Positions 27,660 through 42,027 of a DNA stretch of 64,000 nt are shown here, in pieces. The stretch is taken from NCBI RefSeq assembly GCF_009914755.1, contig NC_060932.1; one strand, 5' to 3'. The notes below the pieces were generated by a model. That model saw nothing but the letters and a program-made list of their open reading frames with translations. It did not search any database and was not told the origin of the DNA. Both the position numbers and the translations under genes were made by a program. The stretch is from the human T2T-CHM13v2.0 reference genome, Homo sapiens. How positions within the stretch are numbered: the first letter of the stretch is position 1; each line of letters opens with the position of its first letter.

Positions 27660-28170
27660 CTTTATTTGGATTTCACCTATTTTTCCATTAATGTCCTCTT
27701 TTGGTGTCAGGTTTCCACATTGTCTTTAGCTGTCACATCTCCTCTGACTTTTTCTGGTCTGTGACATTTTCTCAGTCTTTTTATGTTTCATCACCTTCAT
27801 GATAATGAAAAATATTGGCTAGATGTGCTTGTAAAATGCTGTGATTTGTCTAATGTTTTTCTCATGATTTGTTTGGGTGTATGGGTTTTGGGAAAGAGTA
27901 ACACAATGACAGGATAAAAAAGCCCTTCTCATCATATCAAATCAGGAGGTGCATGGTATCTATGACATCACTGGTAATGTTAACCTTCCTCGCTTGGTTA
28001 GGATAGTGTTTACAAGTTTCTCCACTGAATAATTGTTATTTTTCCCTTTTCATACTTAATATTTTGAAGCAGGTACTGAGTACCTCTCACCTTCCATGGG
28101 GCAGGGGGAATTTCGTTCCTCCTACTAGATGGGGAAGAATTTATATAGATTAGATGGAAATCTTCTTACA
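27660..28170 (-). mobile_element. L1MC-type 3' UTR fragment
   Basis: ttaatgtcctctttt, gatttgtctaatgtttttctcatgatt, gggttttgggaaaga, tcactggtaatgttaacctt, gtttctccactg. Confidence 0.75.
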
Positions 28171-28681
28171 TGATTTAAAATAGATATCTGATATTGTTCA
28201 TCTTCAGTTTAAATAGCTACAAAAGTTGCAGTTTGCAGCATTTCAAAATATTGGCAGCCTTAAATAAAACTGCTACATTATGTTTTAAAAGCTGTCCAAT
28301 AGAATCCAAATATCATAGCCATGTGATACCCACTATAATGCATTTTTAAAATCCACATTAGAGTTCTTTTTAAACAAAAATTTTACATTATTATTAATTC
28401 TCTTTGAACTCAGAGTCCTATTTTAATTTCCTTAGAGACAAGTTTAATCTAATTCTTAAAGTATTTTATTGGTGCAGTTTTAAGTTTAAATGTACTTTTA
28501 ATTTTAAAAGTATTTATTTTGATTGTAGGTTCTAATTTATTTTAAATAATGTTATTCTGGATTTACTTTTCATTGCAACTGATTTTAATAGACAACTGAT
28601 CACAGCAATGGAAGCATAACTTCAAAAGTAATTATTTTAAAAAATAAAATTTGCTATAAGCTGTCATGATACTGAGGTTAA

Positions 28682-28721
28682 ACACATATACAAACACACA
28701 CACACACACACATGCACACAC
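28682..28721. repeat. (CA)n microsatellite, imperfect
   Basis: Read directly. Confidence 0.9.
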
Positions 28722-31700
28722 TCTTTGTCCAAAAGTTTTAATTTTGTTGCTCTTGTGTAATGTTCAATAAAGTAAAATAAAAATGATTTTAGTATTTCTG
28801 TAATTTGCATCTCAGATGGAGTATTGAATGTGGAAATGTCCAGAAAATAAGATATTTATTTTAAAAATACCATATTTATAATAATTATATAAATATAAAA
28901 ATTTATTTTGTCCCTATAGCAAAAACGAAGTACTAGAAAATTTACTAGCATGTTCTAGAAAGAAGTTAGAAATTTATGATCAAAGGTAATCTTCAAAAAA
29001 TAATTACAATATTTCAAATTTTTATAACTATAAACTATATCTCCTAAAACTAGCTTTATCTGAAATTTAAACTAGAAGAAGTAAAAGAAAATATAATTTT
29101 ATATTACTAATTAATTTTGTTGGTTGCAAAAAAAGTGGTACCTTCACAAGTTGTTTGTGAAAGTGCTTAATAATTGGTAGCAAAATATAGTGATTAATGC
29201 TAAATCATTACTGTATTTAGCAAAATAAATATCATATAAAGAAATAGCTTTATAATTAATGATAATTTATAGGAATTAAATATTAATGTCTTACAATAAA
29301 AGTACTTTATAATATATACACTAAGATATCTTTTCATGGCAAGGAAAATAATTTAAACTAATTTGATAGGAATAACTGAGAACCGTTTCATGTGTAATGT
29401 TAGTTACTGAAAACTAAAGGCTCGAAACAGTGTGGGTTCAAGAATATTCAAGAAAACACAAATGGCTAAGGATTCAAATAATCTAAAAGAATTTGCTGTC
29501 TTTTATTTGGTAAAAAAAATTACCAAATAAACAGGCAAAAACATTTTGAATTTTGAATGAAGCAGTTAAATAAAAACTGAATTTAGTTTCATTTTAAGGA
29601 TTTGAATTGCTTTCTTTATGATGTAAGTTTTATCTTCTAAACTTCTAATAAACTGAAGACTTTGATCTCTTTATTTAAGAGCTTGGAAATATAAGGATAA
29701 ACAATTCATTTATGCAATAATCCCATATAAAAATTTAATTGTCATTGTGATAATTATTATGAAAAAAATATGCCTTGAGAGTGGTTAATAAATAATAAAC
29801 ACAGAAGGCCATGTCAAGTAAAACCTTAGATCATCCTCCAATTCCAAGCAAAATTTCAACCTAGTCTGGACTTTAAATAATTCAAGATTATTTTAGAATT
29901 AAATGCCCATGAGATGCATTCATTTTTGATGTATGCCATCCCTTAAAGTATGTGTTGTCCTATTAAATAATACAATTAATGTGATAAAAATGCATCTAAA
30001 AGTACAACTGTTTTTGTTCAATTAGGGGACTTGTTTATTTATTTATTGCTATATCACATTGTTTTAGAAAGGATTTAAAGAGTATCAGTTCAGATTAATC
30101 TAGCATTTTGTTATAATTAAGGCAAAATATTAGATTTTTGCATGTAGATGTTCCTGACATTCTAAATTAATGCAGTCTTTCAGATTTTACTTTTGTATTG
30201 TTCCACATAACCCTTGCCTTAAAGAAAAATTAAGGTTTAAATCTAAATTAAGAACAAAAGAGATATGGCTATATTTGAACTTAGCCACCTTCTCAATAAT
30301 ATTTCCTAAAAATTAGACCTGTCTTTACTGGTGAGAATTTTAAGTAGTTGAAACATAGAAAAAAACTTGTATTTTCTGGTATAAAAAATGGAATCATTTT
30401 CATGAATTTTTCCCTCAAAAAGATTTGAGTTTTTGTAGCAGTCAGTCATAATTTCTTAGACAAGGTCTATTCTGGAATAGAATAGAATACGATATTCCAC
30501 ATAGTTCTGTAATTCTGGCTCAAATCTACATACACACACACATTGTAAGAAAATAATTTCACCTGTGTAATCATGATATTGTAAAATATGCTAGTTTGCA
30601 TTAAGTTAAAGACATTCTTTGCCTCAGGTGTGGTTATTGAATATAAGCTAATTTGGAGGGAGGATGGAGAAAAGATAAAGTAGGAATTAATTTGGAGAAA
30701 TGTCTCAGTTACTTTTCAATTCTCTGAATGTGACTGAATTTTCAGACTATTTTATATTGTTCTTTGGCTGGTTTAAGTCAGACCAAATTTTTGCCAAGTT
30801 TCTTGTAAGGGACACTTTGAGTTTCTGAGGCTACTAACAACCACATTGTTAGGATTAGATATTTCCTAGAACTCCTTTGAAAATCCTTCTAAAGAGGGAA
30901 CATGAATAAAGCCAGGGATTTCTAGGTAATGTCATCTTGGAAATATCCTTATGAGGTTACATGGTGGATACACACAGGCATATTGTTGTAGATCTTTTCA
31001 CCCCAGGGAGGAAAAGGCATTCCTGAGTGTTTGCTGAAATTTCTCACACACTTTACTTTGCCATTTTATGCATTTATTTGTAATAGCACAATGGTTTTTA
31101 GGGCATTTAAGGTTATCTTAAAATATTAAAACATTTAGGAAGCCATTTTGGAGGGGGATATGGTGTAATATGTAAAATATATCTAAAGTTGAAATTATCT
31201 TAGTGCCAAGCTGTGGTTAATTACAAATTTTGAGAAGATGAATGGGATAGATCCTCTGACTATAATATTAGCCCCATTTATTTTGATGAGCTTATATGTG
31301 ATTTAAGTATGAATTATGGCTAAATGCCATGTGTTCTGTATCCTTCATGACTGGTGTCTCTTGGACGATGTTACAACATTTAAGGGAGGAAAAAATAGAA
31401 GCATCCTACATCAAATAACCCAAGTATCAGCTCAATTCACTTTAGTATCTTAGCTTTATGTAAAATTCATTTAAAGCTCTTATTTCATACCTAGTAGGTA
31501 AACAAAATGATGTCCCAAGACTTCTTTGAAATCCTGGGGGCTAATGTGACCCAGTGCTTCTATTTCCTGTACCTGTGGTATTTCCTGTACCCCTCTATCT
31601 CAGGCTTATCTCAACCCTTTGAACTGAAATGTTTTAATCAGTTGTGCATTCACGTAAGGGATTTCTGGTAGGTGCATGCAGGTGTTCCAATTGTTATAAC

Positions 31701-31768
31701 AAGTTAAAACGTTACATGTTGCATCTCTGTTAAATGGGTTTCCGCCATTCTTTCTGGGAACTCACTGG

Positions 31769-31803
31769 TCTCTCTCTCTCCCTCCCTCCCTCCCTCCCTC
31801 CCT

Positions 31804-31850
<47 letters not shown>

Positions 31851-31868
31851 CTCTCTCTCTCACTCTCC
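31769..31868. repeat. Compound (CT)n-(CCCT)n-(CT)n polypyrimidine microsatellite
   Basis: About 100 bp of almost pure pyrimidine. Confidence 0.95.
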
Positions 31869-34459
31869 AGAGCCTATTGTTGCCACATTCACTGAGTTCC
31901 TCTCTTTCATTCTCTAACATTTAATCTGTTTATACTCAATCTGTTTACCTTCACCCTTAAATGTAGTTTCTCTTTTTACATAGAACACTTTGCTATTCCC
32001 ACTCACATAACCTAGTACAAAAATTTACTAAAAGAAAAGAAAAGATAGTTTCTTGCCTATCCATAGAAGAAACAATTTCCTTAGACCTAATAGATATTTT
32101 CTATGATTATAACCTATGATTAATTAGAAAAGCATTTTAGCTCTTAATCTTGAGTATATTTTATAATCTAAATGAAGTATAGTTCAAACAGGCTAACACC
32201 TAAGAATTTAGAGCAAAAAGCTTTAGAAACATGCTGATGAGAGCTAAAGCCTGATATAACCTTTTGACCCATTTTCAACACCTGAATATAAAAGTAGACT
32301 GTGATTTATCAAACCTCTGCTTGACACATCCAATTATTTCAGTTTCATTCTTAAGTATCACTCATAACATGAACTTAAACTCTTCGATTAATCATAACTT
32401 TATCATCATTTACTGTTTTAGACTCAAACTGACCCATTAAGCCCAGGTAGCAGATTCAGTTGTTGGCCTTCAAAAAATGGAAAAAATGTGTTGGTAATTT
32501 TGAGACTTTCATCAATTGCCTGTAGTTATTTTCAAACCAGTGGAGATACTGTATTTTTCATTTCTTCCTAGACACACATTTTTGGCATAAAATAGCTAAG
32601 GAAACCTTGTTTCTTAACTCCTTCCCACTTACATGCCAGATTCCTTGATCCAAAACTCATAAAAGGACCCTGAGGTTTTCTTAAAGACACAGAGTGTGAG
32701 TTTTGAGAGTGGCAGTGAGAAATTGTATTAGTTTCTCAACTTAGAATCTCAGAAAAAAAGGCAGGTTTGACAGGTATTTATATTAACCAATTATTTCACT
32801 TTTGTCCACTTTTTCCATTTTCAATTTATATGCTTGCCCCAAGTGTAAAACGTATGTTATTTTTGGCTGCCAAATTCTTCTCCTATCCCTTTGCACTAAT
32901 GTCTCCGCTTGCTCCACCTTTAGAGTCTAATGTTGAACTAACATCAACTACAAGGGCAACAAGGCAACCTCTGAACTTTAGCTGTCAGCAAAAGTTGAAA
33001 GGAGCAGTAATGGGAGCAAGATGTGGCATGGGGATGCTGTGCTTGAGGACGGAGTCTCACGAGGGATGGCTGCCCTCTTCTCTCTGCAGAATGACACCCA
33101 CTCTCCAATTCTTTCCACTTTTCACTGGAGAAGGAAAAACTTTAATACTCTGATGAAAAATTTGTCCTGTTACTTTGGAATTTTCCAAAGGTGGCAATGC
33201 CCTTTTATTCCTAGCCTGATCGTTAGCTGTGTTGACCTCACAGAGCAAAATCTAATATTCAGGGTTGAACATTGTAAGATCCCACAGTCACTAGGAGCAG
33301 AATCAATGTTATCCTTTGAAATCTTGGCACCTAGAAAAAAGAGCATGCCACAATCTTGCCACACATTGTGCACTGTTTATTTTAGCAATGATCCAAGCCA
33401 TGCCTACCTTTGGGAGAGAGGAAATTATGTTCCCTTAAATCTCACATGGAACATTAAAAAGCAAATAAGTCTTCTCTTATTGTCCCAAATGTACTAAGAA
33501 GAAAAAGAAAACAAGCAGGGGGATGCATATTTTAATGATCTGCAAAGTAAGTTTCATTTTTTTTCAGCACTTGACTTTGTCCTGCCCAAGTGATAGCTTG
33601 GTTCAAACAGTTTTGTGAAGTAGCCATATTTTTACATAAAATACATCGCTAGTTAGATCAAAACACTTTACACGGCCTTTTAAAAAAATATTTTATTTTA
33701 TTAAGTTCTGGGAACCTGGCCTTTATAAATGAACTCATACAGAACCTTCCATTGGAGGAGGGTATTGTCAGAGAGAAAGAAACGTAGAGAAGGGTTTATT
33801 AAACTTTCACACACTAACCTCAGGCTAGAACCCATGTTGTGATGTCATAGAACTCACTTCATTTCATACGAGATCATTTTTCTTACATTTACTACCATTG
33901 TGTTCTCAGAAACTTAGACTTTGATTTCCCCCCATCATGAATTTCTTACCACACTTGACTATTATTTTAAAGTATTAAACACTTGAATTTTAATTCAATT
34001 AGTGGATACAACCTTCTCTAAGAAAAAAGGATCATTGAGAAAATTGGTCAAAAGAACAGGCTAATCAGGAAAAGGATATTAAACATTCATTTCACATCAT
34101 TGAAAATAATTGTTTCTTTATGGATATTATAGAAGTTTATCCATGGTATTTTAGAAAGCCAGTTTGCAAGGAGGCATGAAGTGAATTTACCACTAGCTTT
34201 TACCATGGAGACTGCATATGGCCAATTTTTTCTTTGACAAATCAGAGCTGAAATCACTGTCCTTGAACACTGCTAGGACTAGACACTCTGTATGGTCTTA
34301 GGACACTTAAAGGAGAAAAATAGAAGCCATCATTCTCTAAATACCAATTTGAAGGACATAATCAAACTGACTTCAGGAAACAGGGTCCTGGAGGAATCTG
34401 GAAGCAAAATATGGTGCTCAAATCAGTGTCAGACCCAAACTAACATAGCTTTGATTAAA

Positions 34460-34900
34460 CACTATTAATTGAGGACTTACTGTGTAACTAATATTTGCGC
34501 TTGGAAAACAAAATGGGCATATGAAGTTTTCTGCACTGCAGAAGGCAAAACATTTTGTAGGTCAATTAAGACATATACGTAACTATAATAAAAGTACATA
34601 TTCTTAAGTCCCTAGCATTTACCAAAGATATGTTACAGTCTTCTGAGGAGAAAAAGATAACTTCAATCTAGCGTGGGAAGAGCAAGTTTAAAGAAAAAGT
34701 GACACTTGAGCTGAGCTTTTAAAGTAGTTGAGATTTCAACAGATGCATATAGTGTGGGTAAGGAGGTGGAAATGTCATGGAGTAACCAGAATTACAATAT
34801 TGCAGAGTTGGGAAACCACTAAAAGTAATGTTATATAATGAAAAATTCCACAATATTGTTGGAAATTTGGTGTGTTTATAGGCAAGTAACGACCAAGATG
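34460..34900 (-). mobile_element. L2 fragment, degenerate
   Basis: ttaattgaggacttactgtgt, aagtgacacttgagctgagcttttaaag...agatttcaacagatg. Confidence 0.6.
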
Positions 34901-35109
34901 ATAATGGTTGCTCTATTATCCTTGAAAACTTACTTATTAGTACTATTATTTGCTGTGATTTGAATTTATTAAAATATCAATCTCAGAGGTACTGCACAAC
35001 ACCCACCCGTATGTTCTCCTGATTTGAAGCATATTGGGTAACGATCTCAGACCCATTCAGATTGTCAGCTTGTTGGCATTCTGCTGTGAAACAATGGCAG
35101 AATGGGTGT

Positions 35110-35430
35110 GATGTCACTGTTTTTGATTTGTGGCATATCCATGATATTTTTCTCCTAACTTATATGATTGACGCTGTTGTCTGTGATTACAAGTTATTGC
35201 TCGGTCTGTTCACCATGCAGGAAGAGACTAATCCTCTGTGGTCCAATAATTTTCTTCCACATTTTGGCACTACCACCAACACGTGCATTGAGGTCCCCCA
35301 TGACCATCAGGTTGTCAGATGGTAGAGCAGCTGCGATGAGTTTATGCACATCTCTGCAGAATTTCCCCCTCACTGGAATGTACGACAGTCAGGATGTTTG
35401 CATTGATAAAAGAAATAAATGGTTATTGGA
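35110..35430 (-). mobile_element. Ancient RTE-clade LINE fossil (MamRTE1/L4-like), AP-endonuclease region
   Basis: Minus-strand translation KFCRDVHKLIAAALPSDNLMVMGDLNARVGGSAKMWKKIIGP...*LVITD, then after a frameshift RRKISWICHKSK; GDLNARVG at 35275-35298. Confidence 0.8.
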
Positions 35431-36895
35431 TGAGTCCACACACTGACTAGTCAAGTTGAAACAAATAAGCACTTGAGCACCCAATGCCTAAAAATCCTTT
35501 CCCCTAAAGTCTCATTTCCTCTCATCATGTGACTGTAATCACTAGGGAGAAGTATTCAAATATTTTGTTTCCAGTATGATTTCTCAACAGGAGTTCCTCC
35601 ATGTTTTTGCAATTAACAAAAAGACCAACAGAGAACCATATTTTCATGATCAACTTCCCACTGTCTGAAATGACCCCACCCTAACTTCACTGCCATTTTG
35701 GAGTGCTTTACTATCAGTTCCAAAGGGGAAAATGAACGATTTACACTTCACAAATTCACTTATAATTGCAAATTGCAACTTATGAGAATGTTATAGCAAT
35801 TTAGCAACAAACCAGACTGAATACTTCTGCAGACCACATTGGGTCGAGAAATGAGGCAAGTTTTTGCTCTCTAGGGAGAATCTTCAAAATCCCTGGTCCA
35901 TGTTATGTCCATAAGATAGGCACGGAGTCTCAAGAGGAACAGCATTGTGTTCATTAAGGTGTTTATTTTATTTCTGTCTCTTGGACTGAGAAACAGGACA
36001 AAAAGCATATGTTAGGGAAATGGAAGACATTTTATAGCTTACAATATTAGGATTAAAAAGTATAATATTTATTGTAAAAAAGACTCCAATTACCATTTTA
36101 CTGAGTAGAATCTTTGCAAGATGTATGCAAACTAAAAACGGAATTTCATCTTTAACTCATTATATTTCCATAAGAAGCCACATGGCCGGACTTTAAAACA
36201 CAGTTCCATCCTTTAGTACAGCAAGTGCCTTTTATTTTTTGTTTTTTGTTTCTGTTTCAATCATAACAGCAACTTCATTCTACATAAGTCCTGATTTTAA
36301 ATGCCATGTTTTAATAAATGAAAAATATAATTCTAATTGAGGCAAATAGGAAAAATTGGAATATAAATCAATTTTTAAAAGAAAAGAAATATGCTTTTGA
36401 TTTAAAACCTTCTTCTGAAATGAATTTTCTTAATTTTCTCATTGAGAATATCCCAGATGCTTTCTTATGGTATCATGTGTAAAAGGAGATGATTTGGGAA
36501 GTGAAAAGCAAAGTCCCAACCTGCTAATGGCTGCTAATCTCTCAAGATTTTACTATATGGTCCCTTCCCATAAAGCAAATTTACTGAGGAGGAAGAGAAC
36601 AGAATGCCAACTGAAGCTATAAATATATAAAGCTTCTTTTTTAAAAAAGTAGAGGAACTGGTCTTTCCTTGCTTTTCTGAGCAGAGAAGGAAGCTTTTCA
36701 GATCTTCAACGTTCTTAGTGAAGCCAGGGTTTTCAAGGAACTCACCTGTGCACAAGACTTCTGCATACAACCTCTGTGGAAGTCTTTTGCTCGCCAGCCT
36801 TGCTTATAGAACAACTCATTGGTCCACATGCAGCTGTGCTCAATGAGCTCCTCTTTTTTGCATAGGGTACTGACTAGATTACAAAATCTGTAGCT

Positions 36896-37100
36896 CAATT
36901 GTTGGCAAATTGCTTTTGTAAAGGGCCAAATAGTAAATATTTTGACTTTGCAGGCCATATAGCTTCTGTCACAACTATTCAACTCTGTGAACGCAGCCAT
37001 AGATACTATGCAAATGAAGAAATGTGCCTGTGTTCCAATAAAACTTTATTTACAAAAACAAATGGCAGGCCATATTTAAGGCATAGTTTACCAACCCTAG
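36896..37100. mobile_element. MER58A (hAT-Charlie non-autonomous element)
   Basis: tgtaaagggccaaatagtaaatatttt, gcagccataga, ctgtgttccaataaaactttatttacaaaaaca; TIR remnants gttggcaaa / tttaccaac. Confidence 0.88.
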
Positions 37101-38097
37101 TTTAGTCCAAGAAAACCATGTTCTGCCCATGCATCCAAGCATACAAATATACACATACTCAGGGAAAACACATGTATTCAAACTCATGCAGATGTGAGCT
37201 GAGCTAGCCAACACAGAAATTCTTTTGCTATCTAAAATTGGTTTCCTCTCCAAGCTGGTCAAACTGCAATGTTTAGATTCAGGCAGTTTTTGAACTATGT
37301 GGTTCTTTCTGGGCATTAAGATAGAAAGAAATGAAAGAGGCTGTGCAACTGTGGTCGGAAAGAAAAAGGAGGTTTTCTTTCCCCTGTGCCCAAGAGAATT
37401 GGCACAATTATTTGTTTCTCTCTTAAAATGTCAATATGATTTAGAAATGCATGTTTAATCAGGAAATTAAGTTATCTTAGAAAGGAATTGCTAATGGATA
37501 TTCTGTCAGAATCCTTACTGCCATTATGAAATGGGATAGAACTGCTCCATTCAGCATTTTTTATACCCTCATTAGTCTCACCTACTAAGTCTTACTAAAT
37601 TTTTTTATTTTTATTTTTCTCCTCATTGCTAATTCTTTAAAAGGAGTTAATACCCTGGCCAGATGTCCCTTTCTTATGTTATTTCTTCTAGGTAAAAGGG
37701 ATTCAAAGGATAATAGTTTTCAGCTCTTTTTTCACCCTTAAACTTCAAAAATAAAAGATGATATGGGTTTAATGATCATCAACAAATCAGAGGCATATTC
37801 TGCTTCTGTGAGCTGAAGAGACCCACAGAAGAGGCAATGTGTAGCAGGCAGGAAGTACTGGAAGGCTGTGCTGGAAACCACTTTCCTGCAATTGCAAAGT
37901 CCAGGTTAGGGAAATCTCCTGAGTCTTAGTGTTGATTTGTAACTGTTGCCTGGTCCTTTGGAATTCCATAGGAATCTCTCCACTAGAGAGCTTTCAGATG
38001 GGCACTTACTCAACTCAGTTATGCTTTGGCTATATTTTCTAGAATCTAAATGGAAAATAATGCTATAACTGAAGAAGACTTCATAGCTCAATTAATC

Positions 38098-38285
38098 CAG
38101 TGGTTGTCAAACCGGGTTGAGCATCAATGACTTGCAAATGTCTTTATTTAAAAATTAAGATTTTCAGGCTGTAAAGAGATTCTGATTAAGAAATTCAGGA
38201 CAAGCCACTGGAATCTTTTTACAAACCTGGCCCATTTCTAAATCTGCTGCCTGCCATCTATGGGGCCATAATTTGGAAAACACTG
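38098..38285. mobile_element. MER5-like hAT element
   Basis: Termini cagtggttgtcaaa / tttggaaaacactg; internal agagattctgatt. Confidence 0.65.
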
Positions 38286-38289
38286 ATTT

Positions 38290-38390
38290 AGTTTGCCCTC
38301 TCATAGAGATGAGGAAGTATATTTTGAGAAGTTAGGTGAATTACCTAAGTTCGCACAGCCAGTAAATGTCAGAGCTGGGCTCTGGATCAG
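38290..38390 (-). mobile_element. MIR fragment
   Basis: agagatgaggaag...gaagttaggtgaattacctaagttcgcacagccagtaaatgtcagagctggg. Confidence 0.7.
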
Positions 38391-41077
38391 TAAATATTGA
38401 CAGGACTGCAGCTACTTCTTACTGTCAGGACCCACAACAAACTCTTCTCATGAGGAATAATATACTTTTACCTGCACTTAGCAGCCTTCTCAGCACAGCA
38501 CTCAAAGTAGCCAGTACTGTTGAAGTGAGGTGTCACATAAGCTGAAACTTATTTGTTATTCCACGATAGAGCACTAGAGTTGTCACCCACCCATTTTTTG
38601 AAACCGATGATCTGGTATTTATATTTCTATCTGGTAAAAAGGAAAACAATGAAAATTGTATTGATATTTTTAAATTGTCTCGATTATGAATCATGGCCCT
38701 CTGAGAGTGGATTTCAATAGTTATGAAGCCTTGATGACTGGATGAAGAGACAATAGGGCTATTCTAAAATTAACAGAATGTATTTGTTCAGTGTTGTTCT
38801 ATGGGGTGAAAGGAGGAACTTCTCTGTGGGAACAGAGGAGTTTTGAGGGGATCATTTCTGAGAATATTCAAGTTGGTGCACACAAAGATTAAGAACATCT
38901 CCTGGTCTTTGGGGCAATACTAGACTTTGGGTGATAAAATTGAAATCCTTTAGGCTAAGTTGTAAATAGTTATATAGAACCATGTCCTAAAGAAAATGGG
39001 TGGGTGTCTTTTTAGAGACTATTAACAGCCAGTTAGTCTCCACAGAAGGCATTAACAAAGTATCTATAATCTACATGAGATCATATGTCAGAATAATATA
39101 TTCCCAAGAGTCTGGGATAGGCTGTCCCAAATGAGTAGAGGTGAATTTCAAGATCATGAAATGCATCTTGTGAAATACAACAGCTTTTAAAAAGAATTGA
39201 ATATTCTAATGAAAAAGCCTTCATGATCTACCCAAGCCTCACAGCTGTTACTGATGGCAATCTGTCCTCAGGGCCATGGTTCTGCCATCAGTGAAAAATT
39301 ATCTTTAAGACATCCTCCGATATTTCCTTCATTTTAAGGCAACCTGATCCTTCACATTAAAAATATATAAATAAGTACAACTACCCTCAAAACCCTACAA
39401 GTAAATAAACCAAATGCCTTTTCATCATGAATGTGCCCTAGACTATATGTTCATTAAGATTAGGAAGTGTCATGTTCACCATTTTCTTCAGAAATAACCT
39501 CAATCCTTGGTATATAGTAGGAGCTCAAACATTTGTTGAATGAATAAATATTTGTTGATTCAATAATTGGATCCCTTATAACTGAATTTTTAAAAAAAAT
39601 GCAGTTATAACTCTTTTTGCCAACAGCTTCTGCTTTTCCTTCCACATGCCTACTTTGGTTTCCTAATATATTTTATGCTAATAATGACTTATTTATACAT
39701 GCAGTGCCCAGTGCATGCAAAGGTACTAGAATGATTGCAGCCATTCCATTGGGCACTCATTATAAAGCATATTTGTCCTTTGGATAAAAGTAATTCCTTC
39801 AGATTACTGTTGGTCTCTTGCATATTTATTAACCTTAATAGGAAGGGAGTCCATGAGGGTGATAAGTAGTATGCTTAGGGAACTGTGGTCATTTCTAAAC
39901 ACTGAGCTTGATTTATCGTTGACTACTAATACCTACCTGGCCTCAGCAGTCTCCTTGAAGAGCCTGACTTCACAACTGTCTGCATCTGTCTTATAGCAAC
40001 TGATTTGTATTTGTGAGTCACTGATTTTGACCAGCTGCCAGGTCCAGTATGGCTAAAGTCATTTTATCCTTTGTTAGGGAGCCACAGGACTCTGGACCAT
40101 ATATTTGGCAGGTTTATTGGATGAAGGTTTAGGACAATATACCAGAGCAAATAAATGAGCACTTCATCCAATACTCAGGGAAAATGCACACACATACACT
40201 CACAGTCAAGAGTTGTAGAAAAATGCAGACAATGGGAGTTTAAAAGATGAAGACACCTTGGCCTAGAAATAGTGCCTGCTCCTGATATATGAAATGTAGG
40301 AAAAACATAAGCTTCATATTATAATAATCCTTCTAGAGCAAATTCTTTTAGACCTTGAAAACAATTATATAAGCATGTCTTTATTCCATTCATTTTCCCC
40401 TTGCTATTTCCTTCCCCCTTCTTTCCTTCCTTCCTTTCTTCTCCTTTCTTCTGAAAAATAAAACATATCTGTATTTATTTTCCTAAACATAAGTACTCAT
40501 TACAGTGTGTTGGTGTCTGTGGTTTCTTTAATGGTGAATGCACTGTAAAATGCATTGCTGTAATTGTGTGTCCATCATTTGAAGACAAGTGTAGTATATA
40601 GTGTCACATGTGAAAATGGTCCAGCCTTTATTTATGACATTCATGGCAGGTCCATAGTTTACACCTTACCAACAGATTGTCTAAATGTTCAGACAGATTA
40701 AAGGGTTATGACTTTATCATACAGTTCAACCCACCTAAATTCCCTGGAACATGTTAACCAGTCAGTACTTAAACTTTCCAATATCGTTAACATACTTAGG
40801 GTTAATGTGGGAAGAGGTATGGATCTTGGCTGCAGGGCTCATGATAGAATGCAAAAATGGGGTAAGAGATCAAGCATCTATGGTCCTATTCATTTACCTG
40901 AAGTCCTGATGTCAACAGAGTCCTGGTGCCAATGCCTATTTCCTCATTGTTACTCCATGAGTCAACATACATTTCCCATTACTTCATAAATCTTAAAGAG
41001 AGAGAGGGAATGTTTTGAAGTTCAAAGGCTTCTTTTCCTTGGTCTGTGGCTTTATGGACAATCAATAAATAAAATCA

Positions 41078-41200
41078 TCTATTCATTTATCAAGCATTTA
41101 CTAAGCTCTTGTTGTGTTCCAAGAACTGTCCTAGGCCCTTGAGTGACATCAGAAAGTAAAATAGACAAACACACCTGCTCTGTGGGACTTGCACATTTTT
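41078..41200 (-). mobile_element. L2 3' end fragment
   Basis: attcatttatcaagcatttactaagc...tgtgttccaagaactgtcctagg. Confidence 0.65.
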
Positions 41201-41715
41201 ACAAATCAGTATGGCCAGGGATATAAGACATCAGTGATAACTGCTTTTCCAGGTTAATAGATCCTGTTATTTCATGGTTCTGTTTTTACACAATGACCAG
41301 TAGATGTGATTAATAAAGGATAAAGTCTTCAAAATTATTATTGAAAATATCTTTTCAACTACTCATGATAATACTTAAACCCATACTCATCTTGGGAAAT
41401 CCCATTTTGAGGTATCAATCTGTTTTCATTTTTCAGGGTCCCTTAGTCTGATGTAAATAACTCTGGGAGGAATAGGTTCTTCAGATCACAATCAGATAAT
41501 TCTCATTAATGCTGAGAGGTAAGCAGGCTGAAAGCAAGAAGAGCTGGGCGTACAAAGAGGAAGGGCTTCCAGAAGAAAAAAAAGGCAGTCACTGCAGCCT
41601 CAGGAAGGGATCCAGCGGCCAGCTTGCATTCTTCTCAAGTTTCATCTAGAGCCAGACTAGATTTGCAGTACTCATTTTCAACTAGTACTTCAGTACTATT
41701 GACAATGAAGATTTA

Positions 41716-42027
<312 letters not shown>

